From Macrostomum hystrix (Eukaryota; Animalia; Platyhelminthes): a stretch of DNA of 64,000 nucleotides. The notes under the pieces were generated by a model. The model was given only the letters and a program-made list of their open reading frames with translations. It was not told the origin of the DNA and ran no database searches. The stretch spans positions 15,004,001-15,068,000 of the forward strand of contig CATNEN010000038.1 in NCBI GenBank assembly GCA_950097015.1. Direction: 5' to 3'. A program made the position numbers and the translations under genes. Below, one piece after another: positions 49,201-61,200 of this stretch. Numbering within the stretch: position 1 is the stretch's first letter; each line of letters opens with the position of its first letter.

Positions 49201-52200
49201 GCAGCAGTCGGAAGCGCAAACCAGAGGCGTCTCCGCCTGTTGAAGAGGCCGACGTCGGTGTTAAAGCTACGGATTCGAAGATTGCTAAGTTATCCACTGA
49301 TTCGGATTCTGATTGCGCTGGAAAGGCCATTAAGATGGAAGCTGGCGATACAAAAGAAGAGGTTTGTGTTTGCCTGTGATCTATTTTATACCTAATCCAG
49401 CCCGCCCACTCTTTTTATACCTGTCATTCTTCATCTACCTGTCACTAGTCATCTACCTGTCACTCGTCATCTACCTGTCACTCTTCATCTACCTGTGACT
49501 CGTTATCCAACTGTCACTCTTCATCACCTATCACTCGTCATCTACCTGTCACTCGTTATCTACCTGTCACTCGTTATCTACATGTCACTCGTTATCTACC
49601 TGTCACTCGTTATATACCTGTCACTCGTTATCTACCTGTCACTCGTTATCTACCTGTCACTCGTTATCTACCTGTCACTCGTTATCTACCTGTCACTCGT
49701 TATCTACCTGTCACTCGTTATCTACCTGTCACTCGTTATCTACCTGTCACTCGTTATCTACCTGTCACTCGTTATCTACCTGTCACTCGTTATCTACCTG
49801 TCACTCGTTATCTACCTGTCACTCGTTATCTACCTGTCACTCGTTATCTACCTGTCACTCGTTATCTACCTGTCACTCGTTATCTACCTGTCACTCGTTA
49901 TCTACCTGTCACTCGTTATCTACCTGTCACTCGTTATCTACCTGTCACTCGTTATCTACCTGTCACTCGTTATCTACCTGTCACTCGTTATCTACCTGTC
50001 ACTCTTCATCTACCTGTCACTCGTTATCTACCTGTCACTCGTTATCTACCTGTCACTCGTTATCTACCTGTCACTACGTCATCTATTTATCACTCGTCGT
50101 CTACGTGACACTCCTCATTTACCTGTCACTCCTCAAGTACCTGTCAGTTCATATCTGCTCTGTCGTTTTCCATCTTCCACGACATAACTCCTTTGTCCTA
50201 TACGCTCACGCACCTCATCTTCCCGTACAGTCCACTGACTGGGTGTTCGCCGACTTCGCCGACACCCTAATCCGCGACATGTGGCACCAGGAATGGGAAG
50301 TGCGCCACGGCGTCGCTGTCGGCCTTCGAGAACTCCTCCGGCATCATCGTCGATGGCTCGGACGTCGACCGGCTGCCATAGACTGCAACAACGACTCATC
50401 CGGCGTCTCCGCCGATAAGATAACCGACGACGCTAATAATCGAAGCCACCAGCGTCGCATCGAAGATTTAAGCCTGCGCCTATTGTGCACCCTAGCCCTC
50501 GACCAGCTATCCGACTTTGTCTCCGACGAAGTTGTTGCCCCGGTGCGCGAGACCTGCGGCCAGGTGCTTGGCCTGCTCAGCACCGAGTTCACGCCTGCTC
50601 AGCTGGCTAGCGTTGTTGACAGCCTACTCTGTCTCAGCCGGCAGCAGCACTGGATGATCAGCTACGGTGGCCTGTTAGGCATAAAGTACATCTTGGCCTC
50701 CCGACCAGCCGATGCAGCCCAATTATTGCCGCGCGTCTACGACGAGGTCTTCAATCACATCGCCGCCGCCAAAGACGACGACGTCATGGCTTCGGCTGTG
50801 TCGGCTCTGGTGCCAGTTAGCGCCGACCTGTGCCGTAGCCTGCCGCATCAACTGCCGCAGCTTGTGGCCACCCTCTGGTCACTTCTGGGCCGCATGGACG
50901 ACCTGTCGCCTGCTACTAATACGATTTTGAGTCTGCTCACAGCTCTGCAGGCTGGCGGCGTGTCGCCTGAGCAATTGTGAGTCTTCTATTATACAACGTA
51001 AGGTGATAATATACAACCTGAGGGGATAATATACAACCTGAGGGGATGATATACAACCTGAGGCGATAATATACGAGGGCACCTGAGGGCAATCTGAGGG
51101 CACCAAAAGCAATAGGATTAAGGACATATTGTTTCCATTGGACTGGGAATAGATCTCCTATCCTCTTTGTCTCTGTACGTAACTAAAACTTCCATATAGA
51201 TTTACTTGTTAGTATGAAAGTTGAATTTTTTACAAAAAAGCATTCTTAATGTTTTTAATGTAAAAAACCACTCCGACTGTCAATAATTTTAATAGTTTTT
51301 CTTTACTGTTTGTGTTTCTCGCAACATTGTCTCCAGGGGTTAATGATACTATCAGTACAACAACTTCAAAATTGGAGACCCTAAAAGGGCCGTTTTAATA
51401 CTAATATACAACTAAGCTTTTCGAAAAGCTAAAAATAGTTTTTTTTCATATCTCAGCACGGACTCCGAGTTGTCAATCCAGCTGCAGACCCTGCTGCCCT
51501 TCCTGTACGACTCGCTTCGTTCGGTTCGTGAAACGGCCAGCCGGACTTTGGCTTCGTTTGCCACGGCCCGGGCCGCTTGCGGTAGGCTCTCGCCCACCTG
51601 TCTAGCAGCTGTCCTGCGGCACCTGTATCAGCGCTGCCTCCTGGAGGAGCTGCCAGACACTCGGGCTGCTGTACGCGCTAGCTGGCAGAGAGTACTAGAC
51701 GATTTATCAAGTCATAGCAATGCAAAAACTGGCTTATTAGCTGAAGCTCTGACTCTATCTGATAATCTGGCTGAGATGTTGGTACTGTCAACTCAGCCGT
51801 CTAGGCAGGAGTTCATGGTAATTATTATATTCTGTGTTGATTTGATAACCTAACTAGTTTCAAAATGTGATACATTAGGCCAGGGACTTTCAAATGTGAT
51901 TGACTAGAAGCTAATTACCGACTTTCAAAGGTGACTGACTAGAAGCTAATTACCGACTTTCAAAGGTGACAGACTAGAAGCTAATTAGCGACTTTCAAAG
52001 GTGACAGACTAGAAGCTAATTAGCGACTTTCAAAGGTGACAGACTAGAAGCTAATTAGCGACTTTCAAAGGTGACAGACTAGAAGCTAATTACCGACTTT
52101 CAAAGGTGACAGACAAGAAGCTAATTAGCGACTTTCAAAGGTGACAGACTAGAAGCTAATTAGCGACTTTCAAAGGTGACAGACTAGTAGCTAATTACCG

Positions 52201-55200
52201 ACTTTCAAAGGTGACAGACTAGTAGCTAATTAGCGACTTTCAAAGGTGACAGAACTAAAAGTAATTAGCGACTTTCAAAGGTGACAGACTAGTAGCTAAT
52301 TACCGACTTTCAAAGGTGACAGACTAGTAGCTAATTAGCGACTTTCAAAGGTGACAGAACTAAAAGTAATTAGCGACTTTCAAAGGTGACAGAACTAAAA
52401 GTAATTAGCGACTTTGAAAGGGGACTGACAAGAAGCTAAAAAGCGACTTTCAAAGGTGACAGTCTAGAAGCTAAAAAGCGACTTTCAAAGGTGACAGTCT
52501 AGAAGCTAAAAAGCGACTTTCAAAGGTGACAGTCTAGAAGCTAAAAAGCGACTTTCAAAGGTGACAGACTAGAAGCTAAAAAGCGACTTTCGAAGGTGAC
52601 AGACTAGAAGCTAATTAGCGACTTTTAAAGGTGACAGACTAGAAGCTAATTAGCGACTTTCAAAGGTGACAGAACTAAAAGTAATTAGCGACTTTGAAAG
52701 GGGACTGACAAGAAGCTAAAAAGCGACTTTCAAAGGTGACAGACTAGAAGCTAAAAAGCGACTTTCAAAGGTGACAGACTAGAAGCTAATTAGCGACTTT
52801 CAAAGGTGACAGACTAGAAGCTAATTAGCGACTTTCAAAGGTACAAAACTAAAAGCTAATTAGCGACTACATTTTTAAAAGTAAGAGCTCCGTCACAATA
52901 AAATTCCTGCTTTTAATTCCTGAAAAATATGAAACTGACAAGCAAACACAATAAATCAACAGGAAGGTGACGCATTTCCAAGCGAATCGTCTGGCATCAG
53001 CGGCATCAGCGGCGGGCTGTCACAAACCTCACCGGCGCCAATCACAATTGGCCGCCTCGCACCTGTGACGCGTCGACTGTCAACTAGTAGCGTAGGCGGC
53101 ATGTACATCGGCGGCACTACTAGCCTATCAGAGACTGCCGAACGCAGGGAAGCCATAGTTCTAGAAGCTCGCCTATTCGCTATCGACATGCTCAGCGCAG
53201 CCTGCTCAGCCGCGTTGTCTGGCGAAGCCGCAACAGATCCCAGTCGAGTTGGACTTTGCAACACAATCTGCCAGTTAGCCTGCAATTACCTGGCTTCCAA
53301 GCTAGCCACTCACCGATTCATCGCCGGCCTATTCTGCTCCGGCCTGGACTCAAAAAGTTCGCCTATTGGTCAAGAGTCTAGTCTCAGAGACTGCCTGCAG
53401 CGCTGCCTAACAGAAGTGGTCTATTACGAGGAGAGCCTGTTGCACTTTAAACAGATGCAACTGGACTGCCGACTGCTCCTGGCCAGCTTGAAGGAGGCCG
53501 ACTCAAGCGCCGTGTTGCCTACCGTCGGGTCAGTGGAAATAATTAATGGCGATTGTAGCCTGGTTTTCGTAAAAGTCCACCATCTCAATCAAAGTTTTCC
53601 GCTCTTGACGATGAAATAAGTTTCATTTATTTTTCGTTTTCATCGCTCGCAAATCCTTCATCCTCCTACAGCCCCGTGCTGTCGCTGGAAGCCTGCAAGT
53701 CTCTGGTGGGACCAGTTGCTGCCAAATTGTCCACTGACCTGCAGACTCGGCTGGCCCCTCAGTTGGGCGCCGCCTCCATCTCTGTGGACAAGTGCGCCTC
53801 ACTCATTGCCCTGCTCAACATGCGGTGAGATCTCCCTGCGAAATTCATACTGGGGATATGGGAGTTAGGGACGGGTTGGCTGGTGAGCATAGACTCAGAC
53901 TGGTGGAGTTAGAGTCAGTTGATAGGCAGCTGAGCATAGACTAAGACTGGTGGAGTTGTAGTCAGTGGGTAGGCAGGTGAGCATAGACTCAGACTGGTGG
54001 AGATAGAGTCAGTGGGTAGGCAGGTGAGCATAGACTCAAACTGTAGAGTTAGAGTCAGTGGGTAGGCAGGTGAGCATAGACTCAGACTGGTGGTTTTTTA
54101 GAGTCAGCGGTAGGCAGGTGAGCATAGACTCCGACTGGTGGAGTTAGAGTCAGCGGTTGGCAGGTGAGCATAGACTCAGACTGGTGGAGTTGTAGTCAGT
54201 GGGTAGGCAGGTGAGCATAGACTCAGACTGGTGGAGTTGTAGTCAGTGGGTAGGCAGGTGAGCATAGACTCAAACTGGTGGAGTTGTAGTCAGTGGGTAG
54301 GCAGGTGAGCATAGACTCAGACTGGTGGAGTTGTAGTCAGTGGGTAGGCAGGTGAGCATAGACTCAAACTGGTGGAGTTAGAGTCAGTGGGTAGGCAGGT
54401 GAGCATAGACTCAAACTGGTGGAGTTAGAGTCAGTGGGTAGGCAGGTGAGCATAGACTCAGACTGGTGGTGAGTTTGAGTCAGTGGGTTGGCAGGTGAGC
54501 ATAGACTCAGACTGGTGGTGAGTTTGAGTCAGTGGGTAGGCAGGTGAGCATAGACTCAGACTGGTGGTGAGTTTGAGTCAGTGGTAGGCAGGTGAGCATA
54601 GACTCAGACTGGTGGTGAGTTTGAGTCAGTGGTAGGCAGGTGAGCATAGACTCAGACTGGTGGTGAGTTTGAGTCAGTGGTAGGGGTAGGGAGGTGAGCA
54701 TAGACATGATGAGTTACAACAGTATTTTGCAAACGTCTCACTGCACACAGAGTTCAATCTACTTTAGCGGCCGCACTCTGTCTGCTAGTTCGCAACTTGC
54801 CAGATCGAGTTAGTCCGGTCATCAAACCCTTGATGGACAGTCTGAAAGCTGAGGATAATGCCAGACTACAGGTGAGTTAATAATCTCTATTTATGTTTAT
54901 TTTTGAATATAGTTCCCCATTATCCCAAAACATCTTTGTTTCTTCGCACCCTCAGCAACTGTCAGCTGACGCCCTGGCGCAAGCCCTGCTGCTACTATCT
55001 GACAAGCCGTCTGGCCAAGCTGTCAGCGAGAAGGTTGTCAAGAATCTATCAACTTACCTGCGAGCCGACACCGCCCTGCCGGCTGTAGCTACGGACGAGA
55101 TTGTTTCCATAGCAACGTCGCCAGCGCCGACGCTAAACCAGGGCGCTAGCGGCGACGCGGCATCGGTTGAGATGCGCGGCGGTCGACTCGCGTTCCAAGC

Positions 55201-58200
55201 CGTCTGTCGGCTGTTTGGGGACAGACTGGCCGGCCGGTTGCCGTCCGTTTGGCGACTGCTGCTCGACTTGCCTGTCGAAGCGCTGGGGCGTACAGGTAAG
55301 TTGACGGGAAATGAGCTTTTTATTGGGATTCCTTGTATTTCTTAAAGAAATCTGACGATTCACTAAAATCCAAAGACACGCTATTGATGTCCAACAGATC
55401 CCCAACAATTGGGGATCAACAACAATATACCAGTCTGATCCATGGTCGTCTACAAAAATATCCCCAAATATCTCAAATATCCCCAACCATCTACAATGAT
55501 CCTCAACCATCTACAATGATCACCAAACATCTACAATGATCACCAACCATCTACAATGATCACCAAACATCTACAATGATCACCAACCATCTACAATGAT
55601 CCTCAACCATCTACAATGATCACCAAACATCTACAATGATCACCAACCATCTACAATGATCACCAAACATCTACAATGATCACCAACCATCTACAATGAT
55701 CACCAACCATCTACAATGATCCCCAGCCATCTACAATGATCACCAACCATCTACAATGATCACCAAACATCTACAATGATCACCAACCATCTACAATGAT
55801 CCCCAGCCATCTACAATGATCCCCAGCCATCTACAATGATCACCAACCATCTACAATGATCACCAACCATCTACAATGATCCCCAGCCATCTACAATGAT
55901 CACCAACCATCTACAATGATCACCAACCATCTACAATGATCACCAAACATCTACAATGATCACCAACCATCTACAATGATCACCAACCATCTACAATGAT
56001 CACCAACCATCTACAATGATCACCAACCATCTACAATGATCACCAACCATCTACAATGATCACCAACCATCTACAATGATCACCAACCATCTACAATGAT
56101 CACCAACCATCTACAATGATCACCAACCATCTACAATGATCACCAACCATCTACAATGATCACCAACCATCTACAATGATCACTAACCATCTACAATGAT
56201 CACTAACCACCTACAATGATCCCCAGCCATCTACAATGATCACCAACCATCTACAATGATCACCAACCATCTACAATGATCCCCAATCATCTACAATGAT
56301 CACCAACCATCTACAATGATCACCAACCATCTACAAAGGTCCCCAACTATCTATAAATATCCCCAAACATTTTCAAGGATCCCAGAACATCTACAAAGAT
56401 CCTCAGTCAAATATTCCCAACTATCTATTTAAATATTTAAGTTTTTATGTTATTCTCCTATCTCTCAGCTATGCTCAACCGCCTGCCTGAATGCTAGTAA
56501 AAGTGTGATGTTATTCTCCTATCTCTCAGCTATGCTCAACCGCCTGCCTGAATGCTAGTAAAAGTGTGATGTTATTCTCCTATCTCTCAGCTATGCTCAA
56601 CCGCCTGCCTGAATGCTAGTAAAAGTGTGATGTTATTCTCCTATCTCTCAGCTATGCTCAACCGCCTGCCTGAATGCTAGTAAAAGTGTGATTTATTACC
56701 GAATTCATAAAATAAATTGACAGAAACCTTGGACTCAACGGGTGTGTCCGGTCTGCTTACGTCACTGCTAACTCTGGAGGTCTGCAGCGAGCACCTGGAA
56801 ATCGGCTGCTTCAATAAGGTTTAAATTGCGCCTTATAATAACAATAGTACTTTAATTGGTTGCATCATTCTGCCACAGAAACCAAATACCTAAGAGCTAA
56901 TTTACACATGTGCATCCTAATCCTCACCCCTGTATTTTAATCCATTTTCTCTGGACCCTTATCCAGTATACCTAATTTTCGGGATAGGGATTCATAATCT
57001 TTGCACCCTACTCAACTATCCCTGTACCCTAATCCCCATCTCTACACCCTAAATCCCTCATTTCTACACCCTAATCCCTAATCTCTGCACCCTAATCCCT
57101 AATCCCCTGCATTCTATCTTTATAATCCCCATTCTCGCAGCTCTCAGACGCCCTGCTGCCCCTCTGCGACCGGCACCCGGGGCCATTGTCCAGCCCGGAC
57201 GCCCGTCTCCGTAATGCCGCCGCTCGCTTCTGCTCGGCCTGGTCCGTCCGCTGCCAGTCAGCCCGCACCAGGGCCGTCCAGCTGTGCCTGGACTGGCTGG
57301 GCCACGCGGACGCTCCGTGCCGTCTGGGAGGAGTCGAGCTGGCGTACATCCTGTCACGTGACTTAGACCTGCTCATCCTGCCCTACCTGGCGCTGCTGCT
57401 GCTACCCAGCCTCGGCCGCATGTCCGACCAATGCAACAGCGTGCGCAGCGCCTCGGCCAAGACCTTCGGCCGGCTGCTCCGCCTGCTGCCGTTGGAGTCA
57501 ACCGCAGCCGCGGCCGCCCAGGACACTCTGCCCAAGGAGCTGGCTGCTAGGCGCGACGCCGAGCGCGGCTTCATCGACTGTCTGCTGCATCCGAGCCGGG
57601 CCGTGGCCTACTCGCCGCCGGTGGCTGTGAAGGCCCGCCTGCGCAGCTACCAGCAGGAGGGCGTCAACTGGCTGGTGTTCCTGCGTCGCTACGGACTGAA
57701 CGGTGTCCTAGCCGACGATCTGGGACTGGGAAAAACTCTCATGGCCATCTGCGCCCTGGCTGGGGAGCACAGAGAGAGACTGGATCGGTTTCAGGTGCGT
57801 TGGGATATTTTTAGAGGTTTTATTTAAGAATGTAGTGTTAGGGGATTTATCCCTGTAAAAAATTCGGCTGCTTCTTCGGCGGGTTTTTTGTGCCAAATAA
57901 AAGTGGAATCTACCGAAATCCCCCCTATCTCGCAAGAGTAAAGAAACCACCCAGGAAGCAGCCGATGTGATCGTAAATTGTGCAGAAACCGCCGAAAAAT
58001 CACCCGAACCAGTGGCCCATGGGACAACCAGAGAATTCTTTACAGTCGATTCCTCGGCGGTTTCTGAGCATGGAATCTTCCGAACTGGAGGATTCTTTGG
58101 GTGATTCCATTTTGCCACCAAGAAGCACCGAGAAACCGCCCAGTTGGGTAGATTCCAAGCATGGAATCATCCGATTGGTCTGTTTCCAGCGTTCGGCTGT

Positions 58201-61200
58201 TTCTTTTTCTGGAAACACCGCAGATTCCAACTGGAAATACCCAAAGAAACATCCCAATTTTTTAGCGGGATGTAAGGATATTTGGGTATTTATTAGGGTA
58301 TGTGGGATATTATAGGAGCTTTGGCTGTAAGTGGTTGAGCTCCGCTCTTCTGAACTACTGTTGAAATCTTGGAATTCTTAGAAAATAATTCGTTTCCTCG
58401 AGCAAGATACTTTATTTCCAATCGCTTCGCTACACCCGTTTGGATTCACCATTGTTTAGCTGTGAGATGTGCCTAGGTGATCATTTCTATGTATCTGGAA
58501 TACTCTGCGATTTTTATCCCATTCACATCCCACTTATCAACCGCAGGCCAGCAACAAGCAGTCGGACCGGCCGCTGCCCTCCCTGGTGATCTGCCCAGCA
58601 ACCCTCACCGGCCACTGGCTCTACGAGATGGAAAAGTTCATTAGTGACGAATCATCAATACCGCTAGTTGTCAATGGCAACAGACAGACGCGGCGGGCTC
58701 AAATTGAAAAATTTGTTAAAATGCATCTTCGTTCGCCAGTGAAGTCCGGCTGCCACATCATTATCACCTCCTTTGATGCTGTGCGCAAGGACGCTGACCT
58801 GTTTGCGTGAGGCATCGGACATTGTACTTTTCACCTTATCGCAACCCACCAGCCTCCCCAGATCCTGGATCCTCACACTGACCCACCAGCCTCCTCAGAT
58901 CCTCAGATCGACCCACCAGCCTCCCCAGATTGCCACACCAGCATCCCCACATTGACCCACCAGCCTCCTCAGATCCTAAGATTGACCCACCAGCCTCCTC
59001 AGATCCTAAGATTGATCCACCAGCCTCCCCAGATTTTCAGATTGACCCACCAGCCTCCCCAGATCCTCAGATCGACCCACCAGCCTCCCCAGATCCTCAG
59101 ATTGACCCACCAGCCTCCCCAGATCCTCACATTAACCCACCAGCCTCCCCAGATCCTCAGATTGACCCACCAGCCTCCCCAGATCCTCACATTGACCCAC
59201 CAGCCTCCCCAGATCCTCAGATTGACCCACCAGCCTCCCCAGATCCTCAGATTGACCCACCAGCCTCCCCAGATCCTCAGATTGATCCACCAGCCTCCCC
59301 AGATCCTCACATTGACCCACCAGCCTCCCCAGATCCTCAGATTGACCCACCAGCCTCCCCAGATCCTCAGATTGATCCACCAGCCTCCCCAGATCCTCAC
59401 ATTGACCCACCAGCCTCCCCAGATCCTCAGGTAAACTAACTTCGCTCTCTCTTCTTCATATATTGTTTTAGTGAAATCGGTTGGAACTATTGCATCCTTG
59501 ATGAAGGACACATAATAAAAAATCCCAAATCCAAGGTGAGTCAAGTTAAATTTATTATGAACGTTTTTCTGATGGACGAATTTATTTTCAATTTTAGTAT
59601 TTTGGTCTACCCTACCGATTTCAGCTAAGCTTGGCGGTGAAGTCATTGAAATGCCAGCATCGTCTAGTACTGACTGGCACCCCAATTCAAAATGGAGTCC
59701 ACGAGTTGTGGGCGATTTTCGATTTCCTGATGCCCGGCTATCTGGGCACTGAGGCCGAGTTCTCATCGGCATTCGCCAAGCCAATCCAGGGCTCGCGTGA
59801 CGTTAAAGCCGGCGCCGAGGACCAGACTAGGGGCACCCTGGCACTGGAGGCTCTGCATCGTCAGACCCTGCCGTTTATGCTGCGCAGGCTCAAAGAGGAT
59901 GTGCTCAGGGATCTGCCACCTAAGATCTGCCAGGACTATTATTGTCAGCTGAGCCCTCTGCAGGTGTGTTATAAATTCCTACCTGTTGTAATTCATTTCT
60001 ACCTGTTCTAATTCATTCTAACCTGTTCGAATTCATTCCTACCTGTTATAAATACTTCCTACCTGTTCTAATTAATTCCTACCTTTTCTAATGTTCTAAC
60101 TAATTCCTACCTGTTCTAATTCTTTCCTACCTGTTCTAATTCATTCCTACCTGTTCTAATTCATTCCTACCTGTTCTAATTCATTCCTACCTGTTCTAAT
60201 TCATTCATACCTGTTCTGATTTATTCCTACCTGTTCTAATCCATTCCTGCCTGCTCTCTTCTGTCCCTACTGCTATGTTCCGATAAATTTTACTTCGATT
60301 GAATATCAATTTAATCGTAGTTATTACAAAACAATTTACTATAAGTAGTCAGCCATTAACCGAACAGTTTTATTTTACCTCCCATTATCAGGCGCAGCTC
60401 TACGAGAAATTCTGTCGAAACAGCCACCTGGGCTCTTCGGAGCAGGGCTCCAGTGATTCCAGCGAGAATCGGCAGCACATTTTTCAGGTTGGTTTTAACT
60501 GCCCTAATCTTAACTGCCTAAAAACATATTTTCCCGTTGGTCTAAGATTCGAACTCCCGAACTCACGACCTATCATCTATCATATTCCTTTCCACGCCAG
60601 GCGCTCCACTTTCTGCGCAAGATCTGCAACCATCCGGCCCTCGTGCTCGACTCCGCCAGTCAGCATCAGCACAAGAATGTGGCCACCGTGGAGAGCTCCG
60701 GCAAGTTCAGCGCCCTACGCCAGCTGCTGTCCGACATTGGCCTCACTGGCGACAACCGCATCGGCGTCGTCAGCCAGCACCGGGTGCTGGTGTTTGCCCA
60801 GACCAAAGCCACCCTGGACCTTGTTGAGCGTCTGATCTTTCGCGACAGCGACATGGTACACCTGCGTCTGGACGGCTCTGTGCCAGCGGCCGACAGGCAC
60901 AGCCTTGTATTGAAGTTCAACTCGGATCCTAGCATTGACGCCCTGCTGTTGACCACCTCTGTTGGCGGCCTCGGCTTGAATCTGACTGGCGCTGATACCG
61001 TGATATTTGTTGATCACGACTGGAATCCTATGCGCGATCTGCAGGCAATGGACAGGGCGCATCGGATTGGACAGACCCGGGCTGTTAGCGTCTACCGACT
61101 GCTGACTAGGGACACCATCGAGGAGAAGATTATGAAGTGAGTTCTTTAATCCCCGATAGCACACCTCAAGGTGTCTAACTGGGACTTTCACTGCCTAACA

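Noticed and set aside
57000-57130. Interstitial telomere (CCCTAA-containing)
   Set aside because: Degenerate CCCTAATCCC-type repeat, not tandem TTAGGG.
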